From Octopus vulgaris (taxonomy: Eukaryota): a stretch of DNA of 64,000 nt. A program made the position numbers and the translations under genes. Numbering within the stretch: the stretch's first letter is position 1; every line of letters starts with the position of its first letter. The stretch covers positions 94,736,001 through 94,800,000 of the forward strand of contig OX597821.1 of the NCBI GenBank assembly GCA_951406725.2. The letters run 5' to 3'. Under the pieces are notes generated by a model. That model did not search any database, was not told the origin of the DNA, and saw nothing but the letters and a program-made list of their open reading frames with translations. Below, one piece after another: positions 1 through 14,386 of the stretch.

Positions 1-67
1 TTATCTATCGTATCCTTGTTTACGCAGTACATCAAATACTACTTAACATAATATCGTACGATTCTAA

Positions 68-362
68 GCGCAGGCGTAGCTGTGTAGTAAGAAGTTTGCT
101 TCCCAGTCGCACTGTTTTGAGTTCAGTCCTACTGCATGGCACCTTGAGCAACTGTCTTCTACTATAGCCTCAGGCTGTTGTCTGTGTTTGTCCCCGCCAC
201 CGCGCCGCTTCACAACAGTTGCTGATGTGTTTACGTGTCCGTAACTTAGCGGTTCGGCAAAAAAGAATGACAGAATAAGTAGCAGACTTAAAAATTAATA
301 TAAAGAAAGTACTGGGGTCGATACATTCGTCAAAAAATTCTCCCCAGTATGGTTGCAGTCTA
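68..362 (+). mobile_element. SINE family A, diverged copy
   Basis: tRNA-like head (GTAGCTGTGTAGTAAG ... GAGTTCAGTCC), CCTTGAGCAA core and CTTAGCGGTTCGGCAAAA body shared with the other family A copies. Confidence 0.8.
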
Positions 363-421
363 ATGAGGTTTTGCAATTGATTCAAGCAACCGTGTTGAAG
401 TTCTATCGTTGGTTTCCGCCA

Positions 422-569
<148 letters not shown>

Positions 570-860
570 GGATCTTTATCTTTTGTATTTGACATGTTTC
601 AGTAGTCATTATAAGTACGTTTCTGATAGGTTTGTTCAATTGGTCTATTGATCAGTTGAGCAAAAATTGAACGACCTAAACATTGTGTAAACCTATCGGT
701 AACATACCTGTAGTGACTACTGGAAACAGCTGTAAGTTAAATTTGTTCTACTAAAGGAAAAAACATGTAACGACCATTATTTATACCTTGTCTTATATAT
801 CACTCTGTGTAAAAACCAGTTTTGACAGTAGCCCATCTACGGATTTACAATATAGAATTA

Positions 861-937
<77 letters not shown>

Positions 938-1229
938 CTATCTATCCATCTCTCTCGCTTTATATATATATATATATTATATATATATTATATAATAAAG
1001 ACAAAATATAAATAATGGCCATTACATATTTTTCCTTTATTGGAGCAAATTTGGCCTACAGCTGTTTTCAGTAGTCATTATAGGTACCTTACTGATAGCC
1101 TTACTCAATTAGTCTATTGATCAGTTGAGAAAAATTGAACGACCATTATTTATACCTTGTCTTGTATATCACTCTGTGTAAATACCAGTTTTGTCTGTAG
1201 CCCATCTACGGATTTACAGTATAGAATTA

Positions 1230-1277
<48 letters not shown>

Positions 1278-1310
1278 GACCTGTCAAATACAAAAGATAA
1301 AGATTTTTTT
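570..1310. mobile_element. Penelope-like terminal repeat remnants (direct plus inverted segments) flanking (TA)n
   Basis: 595-860 is repeated at 1062-1232; 570-595 is inverted at ~1278-1305; GAAACAGCTGTA at 723-734 recurs inverted at ~1057-1068. Confidence 0.45.
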
Positions 1311-1342
1311 CCTCTGTCTGTCTGCTCTGTCTATCTTGTCTG

Positions 1343-1373
<31 letters not shown>

Positions 1374-1431
1374 ACTCTCTCTCTCTCTCTTCCATATCTC
1401 TCTCTCTCATTTTTCTCTCTCTCTCTCTATA

Positions 1432-1494
<63 letters not shown>

Positions 1495-1527
1495 GTATAT
1501 GTGTGTATATATATATATGAATATATA

Positions 1528-1710
1528 GTCAATCCAAGCAAGAAAAAACAACGCGATGACGTGGAATAAGTATAGTGTTATTGGACGCTCAGGAAAGGAA
1601 AGAAGAGAAAGCGGATTTCATGTTTCCAGGAGAGCTCTTTATCAGAAATATAGAAAAAGTCCAAAGAAGGGAAGACGGAGAAAGAAAATCGCCAACGATA
1701 CACGCGCGGT
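1528..1710 (-). mobile_element. Penelope-like LTR-type repeat with decayed hammerhead motif
   Basis: Homologous to 33907-34090 and 54289-54470; abuts (TA)n. Confidence 0.6.
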
Positions 1711-1719
1711 ATATATATA

Positions 1720-1904
1720 CTCTTACTCTTTACTCTTTTACTTGTTTCAGTCATTTGCCTTTAATCGAGCAACTCGACCCCGGGACTTATTCTTTTGTAA
1801 GCCCGGTACTTATTCTATCGGTCTCTTCTGCCGAACCGCCAAGTAACGGGGACATAATCACACCAGCATCGGTTGTCAAGCAATGCTAGGCGGACAAACA
1901 CACA

Positions 1905-1968
<64 letters not shown>

Positions 1969-2120
1969 TACGACGGGCTTCTTTCAGTTTCCGTCTACCA
2001 AATCCACTCACAAGGCTTTGGTCGGCCCGAGGCTATAGTAGAAGACACTTGCCCAAAGTGCCACGCAGTGGACTGAACCCGGAGCCATGTGGCTGGTAAA
2101 CAAGCGATACTTACCACACG
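1720..2120 (-). mobile_element. SINE family A (tRNA-derived, CORE-like), internal (TA)n
   Basis: Near-identical to the 19718-20120 consensus on the opposite strand. Confidence 0.9.
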
Positions 2121-2687
2121 ACGGAGTCCTCTCATTTTCCGTCTGTCAGTTCTGCTCTCAAGGCTTTAGTTGGCCCGTACTATAAGCAGGCACTTGCTTA
2201 AGGTGCCACACAGGATGCTAATAGATATTTTGAATATTTCAAAAGTAGTGACTTTACAGCTAACGAAAATTGTTTCCACAGGTATTAGATTTCATGAGGT
2301 CAGAAATTATTCCTATTTCATCTCAGATCAAATACAATATTTATATATAAGGTCATAATTCTTAAATAAAAAACATACGTTCTACATTTTCATTATATAT
2401 AGAATACTTCCTCACACTGGAGTCTTCTCAAATTTTCTATCTGGAATAACACTGGTTATTTGAATAGGTAGAGGTCAGAAGTCAGAGGTCAACTATGACA
2501 TAATTATAGCTAATTGCCTTGATATTACTGAAAACATTTTACTTTGTTTATGTTTTTTGTTTTACTTTTTTAGTGTTTGGTATTGTTAGTTTGTTTTAAT
2601 TTGCTAAATTGTTCTAATGACTATTGTCATTTTATTTGTCTTTTATTTTTTCTTTGCTTTTTTACTTCTCTTCTACTATTAACATCA

Positions 2688-3232
<545 letters not shown>

Positions 3233-3236
3233 ATAG

Positions 3237-3355
3237 TATGGTTGTGATGCATGTGCCTTGTGTACCCTTATCAGACGGGTAGTCATGATGGGTTTACTGG
3301 GCTTCGTATATTTTACCCCAGTGTTACTTTGATGGCATGCACTGCTCTCTCACTC
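3237..3355 (+). mobile_element. 3' end of (TAA)n-tailed retroposon
   Basis: Near-identical to 59747-59865; ends CTCTCTCACTC followed by (AAT)n. Confidence 0.8.
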
Positions 3356-3399
<44 letters not shown>

Positions 3400-3506
3400 T
3401 TTACTTGAAACCACGTGGGCCAACCAGGATGCCAGTACATAGCCGTCCAACATGTTTAAAATAGCAGACAAATATTTTCCCCACCACACCCTACTTAAAA
3501 AATATA

Positions 3507-3703
3507 TACTCTTTACTCTTTACTCTTTTACTTGTTTCAGTCATTTGACTCTTTGGTCGAGCAAATCGACCCCAGGACTTATTCTTTGTAAGTCTTGTAC
3601 TTATTCTATCGGTCTCTTTTGCCGAACCGCTAAGTTACGGGGACGTAAACACACCAGCATCATTTGTCAAGCGATGTTGGATGGACAGACACATACACAC
3701 AAA

Positions 3704-3767
<64 letters not shown>

Positions 3768-3925
3768 CGACGGGCTTCTTTCAGTTTCCGTCTACCAAAT
3801 CCACTCACAAGGCTTTGGTCGACCCGAGGCTATAGTAGAAGACACTTGCCGAAGGTGCCACGCAGTGGGACTGAACCCGGAACCATGTGGTTCGTAAACA
3901 AGCTATTTACCACACAGCCACTCCT
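3507..3925 (-). mobile_element. SINE family A, internal (CA)n
   Basis: Matches the family A consensus. Confidence 0.9.
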
Positions 3926-4121
3926 ATATATATAAAACGCCTATATATATAAAACAAAAACACACATGAAACACATTGAATAATGTTATCATATAGACAC
4001 CATGTCTGGAAAAACTTTTGTTGCATTAAGTGTAACCCGGGGCTAAAACCCGATTAAATATAACTGCTACCCTAAGCGCAGCCAAACAATAGTGTTCTCT
4101 TGAATCTTCCAGTGCCTATCT

Positions 4122-4423
4122 CATTGATTTTCAACTAGGGCCCATATGGTCCTTGGGTCCGTATAAGGTTATGTTGCTAAAATTTATATGCAACAAATTG
4201 GTTAAACTTCTACGGCACACAAAATATTTTAGCAGTTTAGCACTAGGAGGCGCCCCTGCAAAAGGCGGTACTCCAGCATCGCCGCAGTCTAATGACTGAA
4301 ACAAGTAAAAGATGAAAGATAAAAGATACGATTCCTAATAATATTTAATTATAAAAGCATGATAGGATCTTTAAACGTTGAATTAAAGGGTCCATAGATA
4401 AAAAGAATGGTTGAGAAACACTG
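4122..4423. mobile_element. hAT-type MITE with a SINE A tail fragment inside
   Basis: TIR-like CATTGATTTTCAAC ... GGTTGAGAAACACTG; related to 14387-15142 and 27161-27420. Confidence 0.65.
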
Positions 4424-4559
4424 GCCTAACAGATAAGATATTAAGGCATCAATAAATAGATAATATGAAATTCAGTGGGAAAATTCAGGCTTCTGCAAAT
4501 TCGTTAACTCAAGCCTGAGTGCCACACAATTATATTAAACATAATATACTAACTACAGA

Positions 4560-4822
4560 AGGCGGCGAGCTGGCAGAAACGTTAGCACACCGAGCGAAAT
4601 GCTTAGAAATAAAGAAATAGGTATTTTGTCTGCCTCTACGTTCTGAGTTCAAATTCCGCCGAGGTCGACTTTGCCTTTCATCCTTTCGGAGTCGATTAAA
4701 TAAGTACCAATTACGCACTGGGTCGATGTAATCGACTTAATCCGTGTGTCTGTCCTTGTTTGTCTCCTCTGTGGTTAGCCCCTTGTGGGTAGTAAAGAAA
4801 TAGGTATTTCGTCTGTCTTTAC
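4560..4822 (+). mobile_element. SINE family B (tRNA-like head; GGTCGACTTTGCCTTTCATCC central domain)
   Basis: A-box-like TGGCAGAAACGTTAG, B box GAGTTCAAATTCC; multiple copies in the window. Confidence 0.88.
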
Positions 4823-5439
4823 ATACAGCGCTTGTGCTTTCTCGCAGATGATGGTCTCCGTAATCTTATCCCCTGCGAGTTGCTTCTCGTTGGCCCACAA
4901 AAGAAGCAATTTTTCCATGCTTTCGTGGAGAGATATGCGTTGCTTAGAGAACCTGGAGACACCCTTTGCCGTTGTAACGGCCTTGATCTCGTCCTTTTTC
5001 TTCAGGATGATGTAAATCATCGACGTGCTTCGGTTGTATTGACATGCTATGTCCACTGCACGCACTTCTCTCTCATGTTTATCAATGATTTCCTTCTTCA
5101 ATTCCATCGCAATGAGCTTTTTCTTTTTCTCAGCACTAACCTTTGCACTAACCTTCTTAGAACCCATGGCTAGCACAACTAATTATTATAAGATAATAGT
5201 AAAAAATGCACAAAGCTAAACAAAATCACTAAGAAAAACACAAGAGGGATGCACCACAGCGAGATAAACACGTGAACTGAACGAGCGGAGAACACGCCTG
5301 ATGGGAGAGCGTACGCGAGCTCAGCGCCGACTAGCGGTCGCTTGTATGAAACTCGCTCGTACTTCAGGACAAATTTTCGCCTCGGCTCGTACAGCAAATT
5401 ACTCGTGCAATGGTACACTCGTACTACGAGGCTCTACTG
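4823..5439 (-). mobile_element. Tigger/pogo DNA transposon 5' fragment encoding the N-terminal CENP-B-type HTH of the transposase
   Basis: ORF MGSKKVSAK...MELKKEIIDKHE...MEKLLLLWANEKQLAGDKITETIICEKA resembles Tigger/TIGD1-type transposases; terminus TA|CAGTAGAGCCTCG at 5439; truncated by SINE B. Confidence 0.88.
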
Positions 5440-5585
5440 TACTTGCATTCGCAAGACATTGGTCTGGCCTTCAACTAATGACAAACATTTAGTGTCCTGC
5501 AAACATTGAATACTTAATTGCTTTCGTTTTCTTTCATTTTGTTTCATTTAAAATATCCTTCTATTTTCTCAAACTGTCCATTGAT

Positions 5586-5793
5586 ACTCTTTTACTTGTT
5601 TCAGTCATTTGACAGTGGCCATGCTGGAGCACCGCCTTTAGTCGAGAAAATCGACCCCAGGACTTATTCTTTGTAAGCCTAGTACTTATTCTATCGGTGT
5701 CTTTTGCCGAACCGCTAAGTTACGGAGACGTAAACGCACCAGCATCGGTTGTCAAGCGATGTTGGGGGACAAACACAGACACACAAACATATG

Positions 5794-5889
<96 letters not shown>

Positions 5890-6051
5890 TACGACGGGCT
5901 TCTTTCAGTTTCCGTCTACCGAATCCACTCACAAGGCTTTGGTCGACCCGAGGCTATAGTAGAAGACAGTTCCTCAAGGTGGCACGCAGTGGGACTGAAC
6001 CCGGAACCATGTGGTTGGTAAGCAAGCTACTTACCACACAGCTACTCCTAC
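5586..6051 (-). mobile_element. SINE family A
   Basis: Matches the family A consensus, internal (TA)n. Confidence 0.9.
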
Positions 6052-6929
6052 GTACCTGCCTTCTTATGGCGGCAAGGTGGTAGAATCGTCACGACGTCGG
6101 GCAAAATGCTTAGCGGCACACACGCATGCACGCAGACACACACACACTCACTTATATATAAACACACTCACAAATACACAGAATCACATTCAGAGAATCA
6201 CGCACAAACACATTTACACGAACTCACGCAATCACTCACACACAAACACACTGACACAAAGACTAAGAAACACCATACATTCACATAACAACACACGTAC
6301 GAACATCCACGTTCACACAACACCGCACACACACACACACACACACACACATACGCAGACGCACACTCGAATACACACGCGCACACATGAAGTAACGTGA
6401 TATTAGGGTGTTCCTTTCGTAGAACTAGGAAGTACATTTGAACGAAGTCAGGACAAGAAAAAGCTTAACAGCCATCGTCTGTGTTATTGAGATGTTTTCT
6501 GCTGATGAAAATAACAAGGTTCAGATTACAAGAGACAATCGAGATAATGTGTCACGTCTTTATACTACTCCTGTGTGTCGCAGGAGGAGAAGGCGGGCTA
6601 TAGCTTAGTGGTTAAGAAGTACGCTTCGCTATCATAAGATTCCGGGTTCAATTCCACTTATGTAAAAAAGTGGTCTTTGAGTTCTTTTTTTAGTTTTTTA
6701 TCATAGATTTGAATAATACAAAAATTCTGTCACTCAAATTAGGGAGGTGGAATCATTGTGGAAATCTGCGCGATTGGTTTGTGTAGTCTTATCGCCCACA
6801 GTTTTACGCTGATTTTGCCTGAGTATTACGTTAAGGTTACACGCATCTTTCAAGGAAAAAAAATTGGAATTTCTCATGAACTTCGAAGAGTAGCGATAAT
6901 TGATCAAGAGAATGGGTATCTCATTTATC

Positions 6930-7235
6930 TTTTACTTGTTTCAGTCATTAAACTGCGACCATGCCGGGGTACCCCCTTGAAGAATTTTAGTCGAACGAAT
7001 CGACCCCAGTACCATTTTTCTTTAAAGCCTGCTACTTATTCTGTCGGTCTCTTTTGCCGAACCGCTAAGTTGCGGGGACGTAAACTCACCAGTTCTGGTT
7101 GCCAAGCGGTGATGGAGGACAAACACAGACACAAATGCACACGCGCGCACACACGCACACGCACTAACAAATACACACATACACACATGTATATTAATGT
7201 ACGTCTCTATGTATACGATGGGTTTCTTTCAGTTT
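6930..7235 (-). mobile_element. SINE family A, 3' part
   Basis: Tail and body match family A; head is replaced by the SINE B insertion. Confidence 0.8.
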
Positions 7236-7459
7236 CTTATTTCTTTATTGCCCACAAGGGGCTAAATAAGGACAGACAAAAGGATTCAGTCGATTACATC
7301 GACCCCAGTGCGTAACTGGTACTTATTTAAACGACCCCGAAAGGATGAAAGGCAAAGTCGACCTCGGCGGAATTTGAACTCAGAACGTAACGGCAGACGA
7401 AATACCGCTGCTAAGCATGTCGTCCGACGTGCTAACGTTTCTGCAAGCTCGCCGCCTTT
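7236..7459 (-). mobile_element. SINE family B
   Basis: Reverse complement of the family B consensus. Confidence 0.88.
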
Positions 7460-7907
7460 TAGGAAAAAAAATAATATATGATTATGCAGACACAAAGAGT
7501 CAAATTATGTAGATTTTAGATTAACGGAGACACGAACACATCGAGTATTTTAATTCATGATTTTCTTTTATATATATATATAAAGAAAAACAATCAATTT
7601 TCATCATCACCATCGACAGCAGCGACGGTGGCGACGACAGCGGCATCGTCGTCGTCGTCGTCGGCACCATCATCATCAGGTAGTGGGAAATGTAATGCGT
7701 AGAATGACAAACGAAATTCCTTGCAGTATTTAGTTACCTCTCTTCTCACACGAGTTCAAATTTCGCCGTGATCAACTTTCCGGTGTCGATCAAAATAAAG
7801 TAAAACCATAGAGCTTCATTTGATATACTTCACTACACCTTTTGTTAAAACTTGAGACTTTGAATCACAAGTAAGATATTACTAGTATTGTTATTAGTAA
7901 GCATCAT

Positions 7908-8470
7908 AAGGTAGCGAGCTGGCAGAATCGTTAGCACACCGGGCGAAATGCGTAGCGGTATTTCGTCTGCGGCTGTTACGTTCTGAGTTCAAATTCCGCC
8001 GAGGTCGACTTTGCCTTTCTTCCTTTTGGGGGTCGATAAATTTAGTACCAGTTACACACTGGGGTCGATGTAATCAACTTAATCCGTTTGTCCCCTCTGT
8101 GTTTAGCCCCTTATGGGTAGTAAAGAAATAGGTATTTCGCCTGCCGTTACGTTCTGAGTTCAAATTCCGCCGAGATTGACTTTGCCTTCGGGGTCGATAA
8201 ATTAAGTACCAGTTACGCACCAGTGTATAATCGACTTAATCCGTTTGTCTGTCCTTGTTTGTCATCTCTGTGTTTAGCCCCTTGTGAGTAGTAAAGAAAT
8301 AGGTATTTTGTCTGACGCTACGTTCTGAGTTCAAATTCTGCCGCGGTCGATATTGACTTTTATCCTTTTGGGGTCGATTAAATAATTGTCAATTATACAC
8401 TGGGTTCGATGCAATCGACTTACCCCTCCCCGCAAATTTCAGGCCTTGTTCCTATAATAGAAAGGATTAT
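7908..8470 (+). mobile_element. SINE family B trimer (one head plus two headless units)
   Basis: ~170-bp units joined at AAAGAAATA|GGTATT at 8131 and 8302. Confidence 0.88.
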
Positions 8471-8482
8471 TATTAGCAGCAT

Positions 8483-8705
8483 CAAGGCGCCGAGCTGGCA
8501 GAATCGTTAATACGCGGGACAAAATGCTTTGTGGTATTTCGCCTGTCTTTACGTTCTGGGTTCAAATTCTTTTAAGAGCGACTTTGCCTTTCTTCCTTTT
8601 GATCGATAAAATAATGTACCATTTGAATACTGGGTCGATATAGTTGATTTAGCTCCCACCCCTCAAAAATTGCTGGCTTTGTGCCAAAATATGAAACTAT
8701 TATTA
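8483..8705 (+). mobile_element. SINE family B, older copy
   Basis: AAGGCGCCGAGCTGGCAGAATCG head; diverged body. Confidence 0.75.
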
Positions 8706-9612
8706 GCATCATCATCATCATCATCATCATCAGTATCATCAGCATCATCAACAACAACAAGAATATCAAAAACAACAACCAACGGCAACAACAGTGTTAA
8801 CTACAAAAGCCATCGAGCGGGCCTCAACATGGTTGATCTACAAGTTAGAAATAACAGTTAGACCACCCATCAGTCATGCGCTATGACTTTAAAAAAATAA
8901 TGCTTTGATGTATATGGGTGGTGGTATCCGTAGTTATACTTAGAAAAAAAAAGAAGACTGAATGATTAGCATTAGGGTTTATTTGATCATAGGTGTTCTT
9001 GTCTTCGTTCGTATATTGACCTAGGGTTCAACACAAGAATAACAACAAGAGTTCAAAGGTGAAACTGTTACTGGTTATATTACACTGAAATTGAGAGTGA
9101 AGTTTACTGAAATATTACCGAGTCATGGTGTTTTCACTCATTTGTATGTACGTTTAAATATATGTGTGTGTATGTGTGTTTGTGTATGTATGTATGTATG
9201 TATGTATGTGTGTGTGTGTATGTATGTATGTATGTATGTATGCATTCAGCTTTACTTCAAGATTTCTTGCCAATAGAGAAAGAGCTGGTTTCTTACCTAG
9301 ATCCAAGGTTCTTTCACTGGAATTTTAACATAAACATCAGGGTATTTTTGTTTGTTTGTATGTATGTATGTATGTATGTATGTATGTATGTATGTATGTA
9401 TGTCTGTATGTATGTATGTATGTATGTATGTATATATGTATAAATATACATGTATATGTATATGTACGTATATGCTTATTTGAATGTATTTGTACATATA
9501 TGTATTTGCGTATGTGTCTGTGTATGTATGTGTCTGTACGCAATTGTATGAATATTTATGCATATGGATGTTTGTATGTATTTGCGTATATGTCTGTGTA
9601 TGTGTATGTAAG

Positions 9613-9653
<41 letters not shown>

Positions 9654-9911
9654 GTATGTATATATATATGTATGTATGCATGCATGTATGTATGTATGTA
9701 TGAATATGTATGCATCTAAGTATGTATGTATTTTTATATGTATACATGTGTATACATATATGTGTGTTTGTGATGTATGCGTGTGTGTGTGTGTGTATTT
9801 GCATACGCTTTTTGTGCATATGTATGTGTTTGTGTATATGTTTACATATTTTTCCTTATCTGTTAGCATGTGCTTGTTGTTGTATGTGCCAATGTAATCA
9901 TGTGTTTACAT

Positions 9912-10096
9912 CAGTGCGCCGCAACCGGTATGCCGCGGCACTCTGGTGTTCTACGAAGCGATAATAGTTGTGCCGCCGTGTAACCTGAATATAATTTTCT
10001 CCCTTCACTTATAGTTACAGTCATAGTTCAGGTGTGCCGCTGAATTTTGAAAAGAATATAAGTGTACAGCAATTGAAAAAAGGTTGCGAAGCACTT
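9912..10096. mobile_element. hAT-type MITE
   Basis: TIRs CAGTGCGCCGCAACC / GGTTGCGAAGCACT; imperfect 8-bp TSD GTTTACAT / GTTCAGAT. Confidence 0.65.
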
Positions 10097-10210
10097 GTTC
10101 AGATGTCCGCTTTTTGCTTGTTTACACGAGTTTTTTTTGCTTGTTTGCTTGTTATCTGTGATCAAATGCATCCTAAACATGGTTGTACATTTAGATTTAT
10201 TTTATCCAAT

Positions 10211-10522
10211 ATGGCCCAGTGGTTAGGGCTGCGGACTCGCGGTCGGAAGATCGCGGTTTCGATTCCCAGACCGGGCGTTGTGCGTGTTTATTGAGTGAAA
10301 ACACCTAAAGCTCCACGAGGCTCCGGCAGGGAGTGGTGGAGACTCCTGTTGTACTCTTTCTCCACAACTTTCTCTCACTCTCTCTTCCTGTTTCTTGAGT
10401 AACGCTGCGATGGACTGGCGTCCCGTCCAGCTGGGTGGAACACATACGCCACAGAAAACCGGAAACCGGGCCCATGAGCCTGGCTAGGCTTGAAAAGGGC
10501 GCATAAATAAATAAATAAATAA
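10211..10522 (+). mobile_element. SINE family C (tRNA-derived), (TAAA)n tail
   Basis: TGGCCCAGTGGTTAG A box and GGTTTCGATTCCC B box; head shared with 36440-36784 and 50195-50579. Confidence 0.88.
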
Positions 10523-10994
10523 TAATCTAATATTGGCTTCCTTTCTCAGGGTGGTAATGTGTGTTTTGGCTGATTTTTCAAAGTGATCGAACGGCTACAT
10601 GGATGCCTCCCTTGTCGATCGAGTAGTCGAGTGATATGTCGCTTACGTTCATGTGGCATGAGGTATTACATCATTCCACTGAGTCGGTATCTCTCTGTTG
10701 GCTTTAATGATGTGTATATTTAACTATTATGAAAGACGATCTTCTTTAAGCTCCGATTATCTAATAAACTCGAAGATGTTAAAGTTGGTGGATGGGGGTG
10801 GTGTTATGACAACAGACTATGTCAGAAACGGTATGAATCCATGCCTGGATAACCTGATTCTACAAAAACTTTAGAAGCTATCGATTCTGGAATTGGTTCA
10901 GATTAATTGGAAGTGAATTGGTTAAAACCATTTAATATGTCAGCAATTTACTTAGTGAAACATAACGTTAATAGTCAACGATTTATCCGCTTAA

Positions 10995-11190
10995 TATTGG
11001 TTTCAAATTTTGGCACAAGGTCAGACAGTTCGGAGGAGGGGATAAATAGATTATATCGACCCCAGTGTTTGACTGGTACTTATTTTATCGACCTGGAAAG
11101 GATGAAAGGTAAAATCGACCTCGGCGGAATTTGTACTCAGAACATAAAGACAGTCGAAATGCCGCTAAGCATAATGCCAGTTCACCGCCA
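10995..11190 (-). mobile_element. SINE family B, older copy
   Basis: GAAAGGATGAAAGG..TCGACCTCGGCGGAATTTG. Confidence 0.75.
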
Positions 11191-11235
11191 TTTATGAGTT
11201 TAATATTCTTTATTTTCATCTGCTTTAAGCTGTTT

Positions 11236-11820
11236 CTTGAAACTACAGGAAAGCACAGGTGTGAAATCGATATATTGTAGGGCCAGACCATTACTATTTC
11301 CAAAAGGTGAATTGGTTAAAGAAGAATTAGAACGTGAAGTACTAAATGGTACCTTGGAACCGATCGATTATAACGATTGGCTTACAACAAACCTCACTAC
11401 TTGGAAGCCGAACGACTAAGTTCATGTTTATGGCAATTTTACAATCACCATCAACAAACGTACAATAGTTCACCACCCAAGACCCAAATTTAATGAACTA
11501 TTCCATAAAGAGTAGGATAATTAAAACTTCAACGCAATCGATTTAAACGACGCATATTTGCAGATCTAATTAACTGAAGAATTAATTGAAGAATCGCAAA
11601 CATTACTTGCGATAAATGCGCTCTTTTTGTCTTTAGAGATATAAAAAGAATTCTTTTCGGAACCTGCTCGATTTTCAAGTCTTAATGATCAAATTTTATC
11701 TGGAATAAAGCATTGTGCAGCTTATCTCGTCAATATCATTCGTAACGGTGACGATAGATGAAGAATATTTAAATTATTTGGAGAAGAATATTTAATCGGC
11801 TAATGGCCTGCCGATGTCAA
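11236..11820 (+). pseudogene. Decayed Ty3/Gypsy reverse transcriptase fragment
   Basis: Frameshifted translation YCRARPL..VKEELER..NGTLEPIDYNDW..KPND..INK..P..NELF..FNAIDLNDAYLQI..EESQTLLAIN..DQILSGIKHCAAYL follows Gypsy RT motif order. Confidence 0.85.
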
Positions 11821-12802
11821 ATGTTATAAAAATATTATATGTTTATTCTTTTTATCTTTTGAAATCGATTCGATTATTTTTGCATTATCATTAGAGAGTG
11901 TGGCAAAAAAATTATCTTAAAAAGATACCAATGATATTTTTAAAAATTGACTGATTCTAGAAATGTGAATAAAGTGTTATGAAAGTCGTCTATTATACAG
12001 GTTCATATAGAATATTCATGTGCAATCTGCAGTCTGCGGGACTTTAGGAATGGCACACCAAGCAGAAAAACAGGTTGCCAATGCCTCATCTCGAACGTGG
12101 CAAACATCATTGCACAGTTACATAATTCAACGAAAATGATTGTACCAATGAAAGAAGGATCAGGTAATTGTTATTTGAAATTATAGAACTCACGCATTGC
12201 AATGAAAATTTGTTCTTTAATTTTAGAAATAGAAACATCACAAGTTGATATTTGAACGGCCTTGTGAGAAAATGAAAATGGAGTTCAACGTCCGTCGGAT
12301 CACGTTATCAAAACACTGAATTCTTATCGACAGCAATATTCGAAAATTCAAGACAGGGATTATCTCTTATATTAGGCATTTATAAATTTAGTCAATTTCC
12401 GTTAATCAGACTTGAAGGACAACCCTTATGTATATAGCAGTGCAACAGCGTATCTTTTTATTTTCTATTTTATTCTTATCTATTCATTTATTTTTTTATT
12501 TTCACTGGCTGTTGTATTCCATGTATGGACATGTGGTGAATACTTACTTCTGAAGGAATTTTATTCGAATCCTTTATATTATCAGTGTAGGTAATGAGGT
12601 AGAAATGTTCATGTTTCTGTGTTGCTATAACAGCTGGATCATTTTTAACCGATAAAGATAAGGCGGAAAAGATTACGGAGGTTTTTATGATTCATGAAAT
12701 CATCGAATGTTTTTCTTGTGATTGTATTCTTGTAGGCGTACCTGGTGCTTTGTCGGTTACGACGACGAGGGTTCCAGTTGATCCGATCAACGGACGGATT
12801 GC

Positions 12803-13011
12803 TCTTTTACTCTTTTACTTGTTTCAGTCATTTGACTGCGGCCATGCTGGAGCACCGCCTTTAATCGAGCAACTCGACCCCGGGACTTATTCTTTTGTAA
12901 GCCCAGTACTTATTCTATCTGTCACTTTTACCGAACCGCTAAGTAACGGGGATATAAACACACCAGCATCGGTTGTCAAGCAATGCTAGGGGGACAAACA
13001 CAGACATACAA

Positions 13012-13048
<37 letters not shown>

Positions 13049-13211
13049 CATATATACGACGGGCTTCTTTCAGTTTCCGTCTACCAAATCCACTCACAAG
13101 GCTTTGGTCGGCCCGAGGCTATAGTAGAAGACACTTGCCCAAGGTGCCACGCAGTGGGACTGAACCCGGAACCATGTGGTTGGTAAACAAGCTACTTACC
13201 ACACAGCCACT
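12803..13211 (-). mobile_element. SINE family A nested in a family C tail fragment (12737-12800, 13215-13360)
   Basis: Family A consensus; flanks match the 50195-50579 tail on the minus strand. Confidence 0.88.
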
Positions 13212-13526
13212 TCGGCTTGTTTGTGAAACTAACGAGGAAGTGGCTGAGCACTCCACAGACATACGTACTCTTAACGTGGTACTCAGAGAGCTTCAACGTG
13301 ACGCAGAACATAAGGTCGACCCTTTGAAATACAGGTACTGCTCATTTTTGCCAGCTGAGGGAAAGAGCTCACCGTTTTCACACACACACATATAATACAT
13401 GCATGTATGTATGTAAGTATGTATGTATGTATGTATGTATGTATGTACGTATGTATGTATGTGTGTATGTATGTATGTATGTGTGTATGTGTGTATGTAT
13501 GTATGTATGTATGTATGTGTGTCTTT

Positions 13527-13815
13527 AATTTGTTTCAGTTATTTGACTGTAGCCATGCTGGTACACCGCCTTAAGTCGAACAACTCGACCCTAGGACTTA
13601 TTCTTTGTAAGCCTAGCATTTATTCTATCGGTGTCTTTTGCCGAACCGCTAGATTACGGGGACGTAAACACAGCAACATCGGTTGTCAAGCGATGATGGA
13701 GGGAGGGGCAAACACTGACACACAAACATCAAACAGAAGATCAGATGGTTCATATTTACGATATTTATTTATATATTACACAAACATCATTCACATTCTA
13801 GTGGGGTTTTCAAAT

Positions 13816-13861
<46 letters not shown>

Positions 13862-13891
13862 GACGGCATCATCTCCAAACCTTCCAATATA

Positions 13892-13973
<82 letters not shown>

Positions 13974-14112
13974 TTCTTTCTTTCAGTTTCCGTCTACCAA
14001 CTCCACTCACAAGGCTTTGTGACGATAGTAGAAAATATTTGCCCATGGTGTCACGCAGTGGGACTGGACTCAGAACCATGTGGTTGGTAAGCAAGCTACT
14101 TACCACACAGCC
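13527..14112 (-). mobile_element. SINE family A with expanded, interrupted centre
   Basis: Family A arms flank (TA)n and ~90 bp of unrelated sequence. Confidence 0.8.
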
Positions 14113-14386
14113 TATGTATATATCTGTAGAGTCTACGTCTTCGAAGTTGCAGCTACAATGTTCAAAACCATGATAGAAGACACTCATCTGCCAGTTTGTA
14201 ACGTAACGACAATGCGTAAATCTTTTCTGCAGTTGTTATCTTCAAATATGTCACATCCATAAGACTGTCATTCAACCCCGATCGAATCGACCTATAACGA
14301 AAGACATTCCAGCCATGATCATCACGTTTTTAATGATTTGTATTAAAGCATTATCTCTGTCTATTCCTTAATTCAAGCCTGTAGAG

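Noticed and set aside
7908-8470. Regularly repeated units resembling a CRISPR array
   Set aside because: SINE multimers without unique spacers, in a eukaryotic context with no cas genes
12973-13395. Recurrent peptides such as [15 protein letters not shown] and [14 protein letters not shown]
   Set aside because: Antisense translations of SINE A, not a gene family
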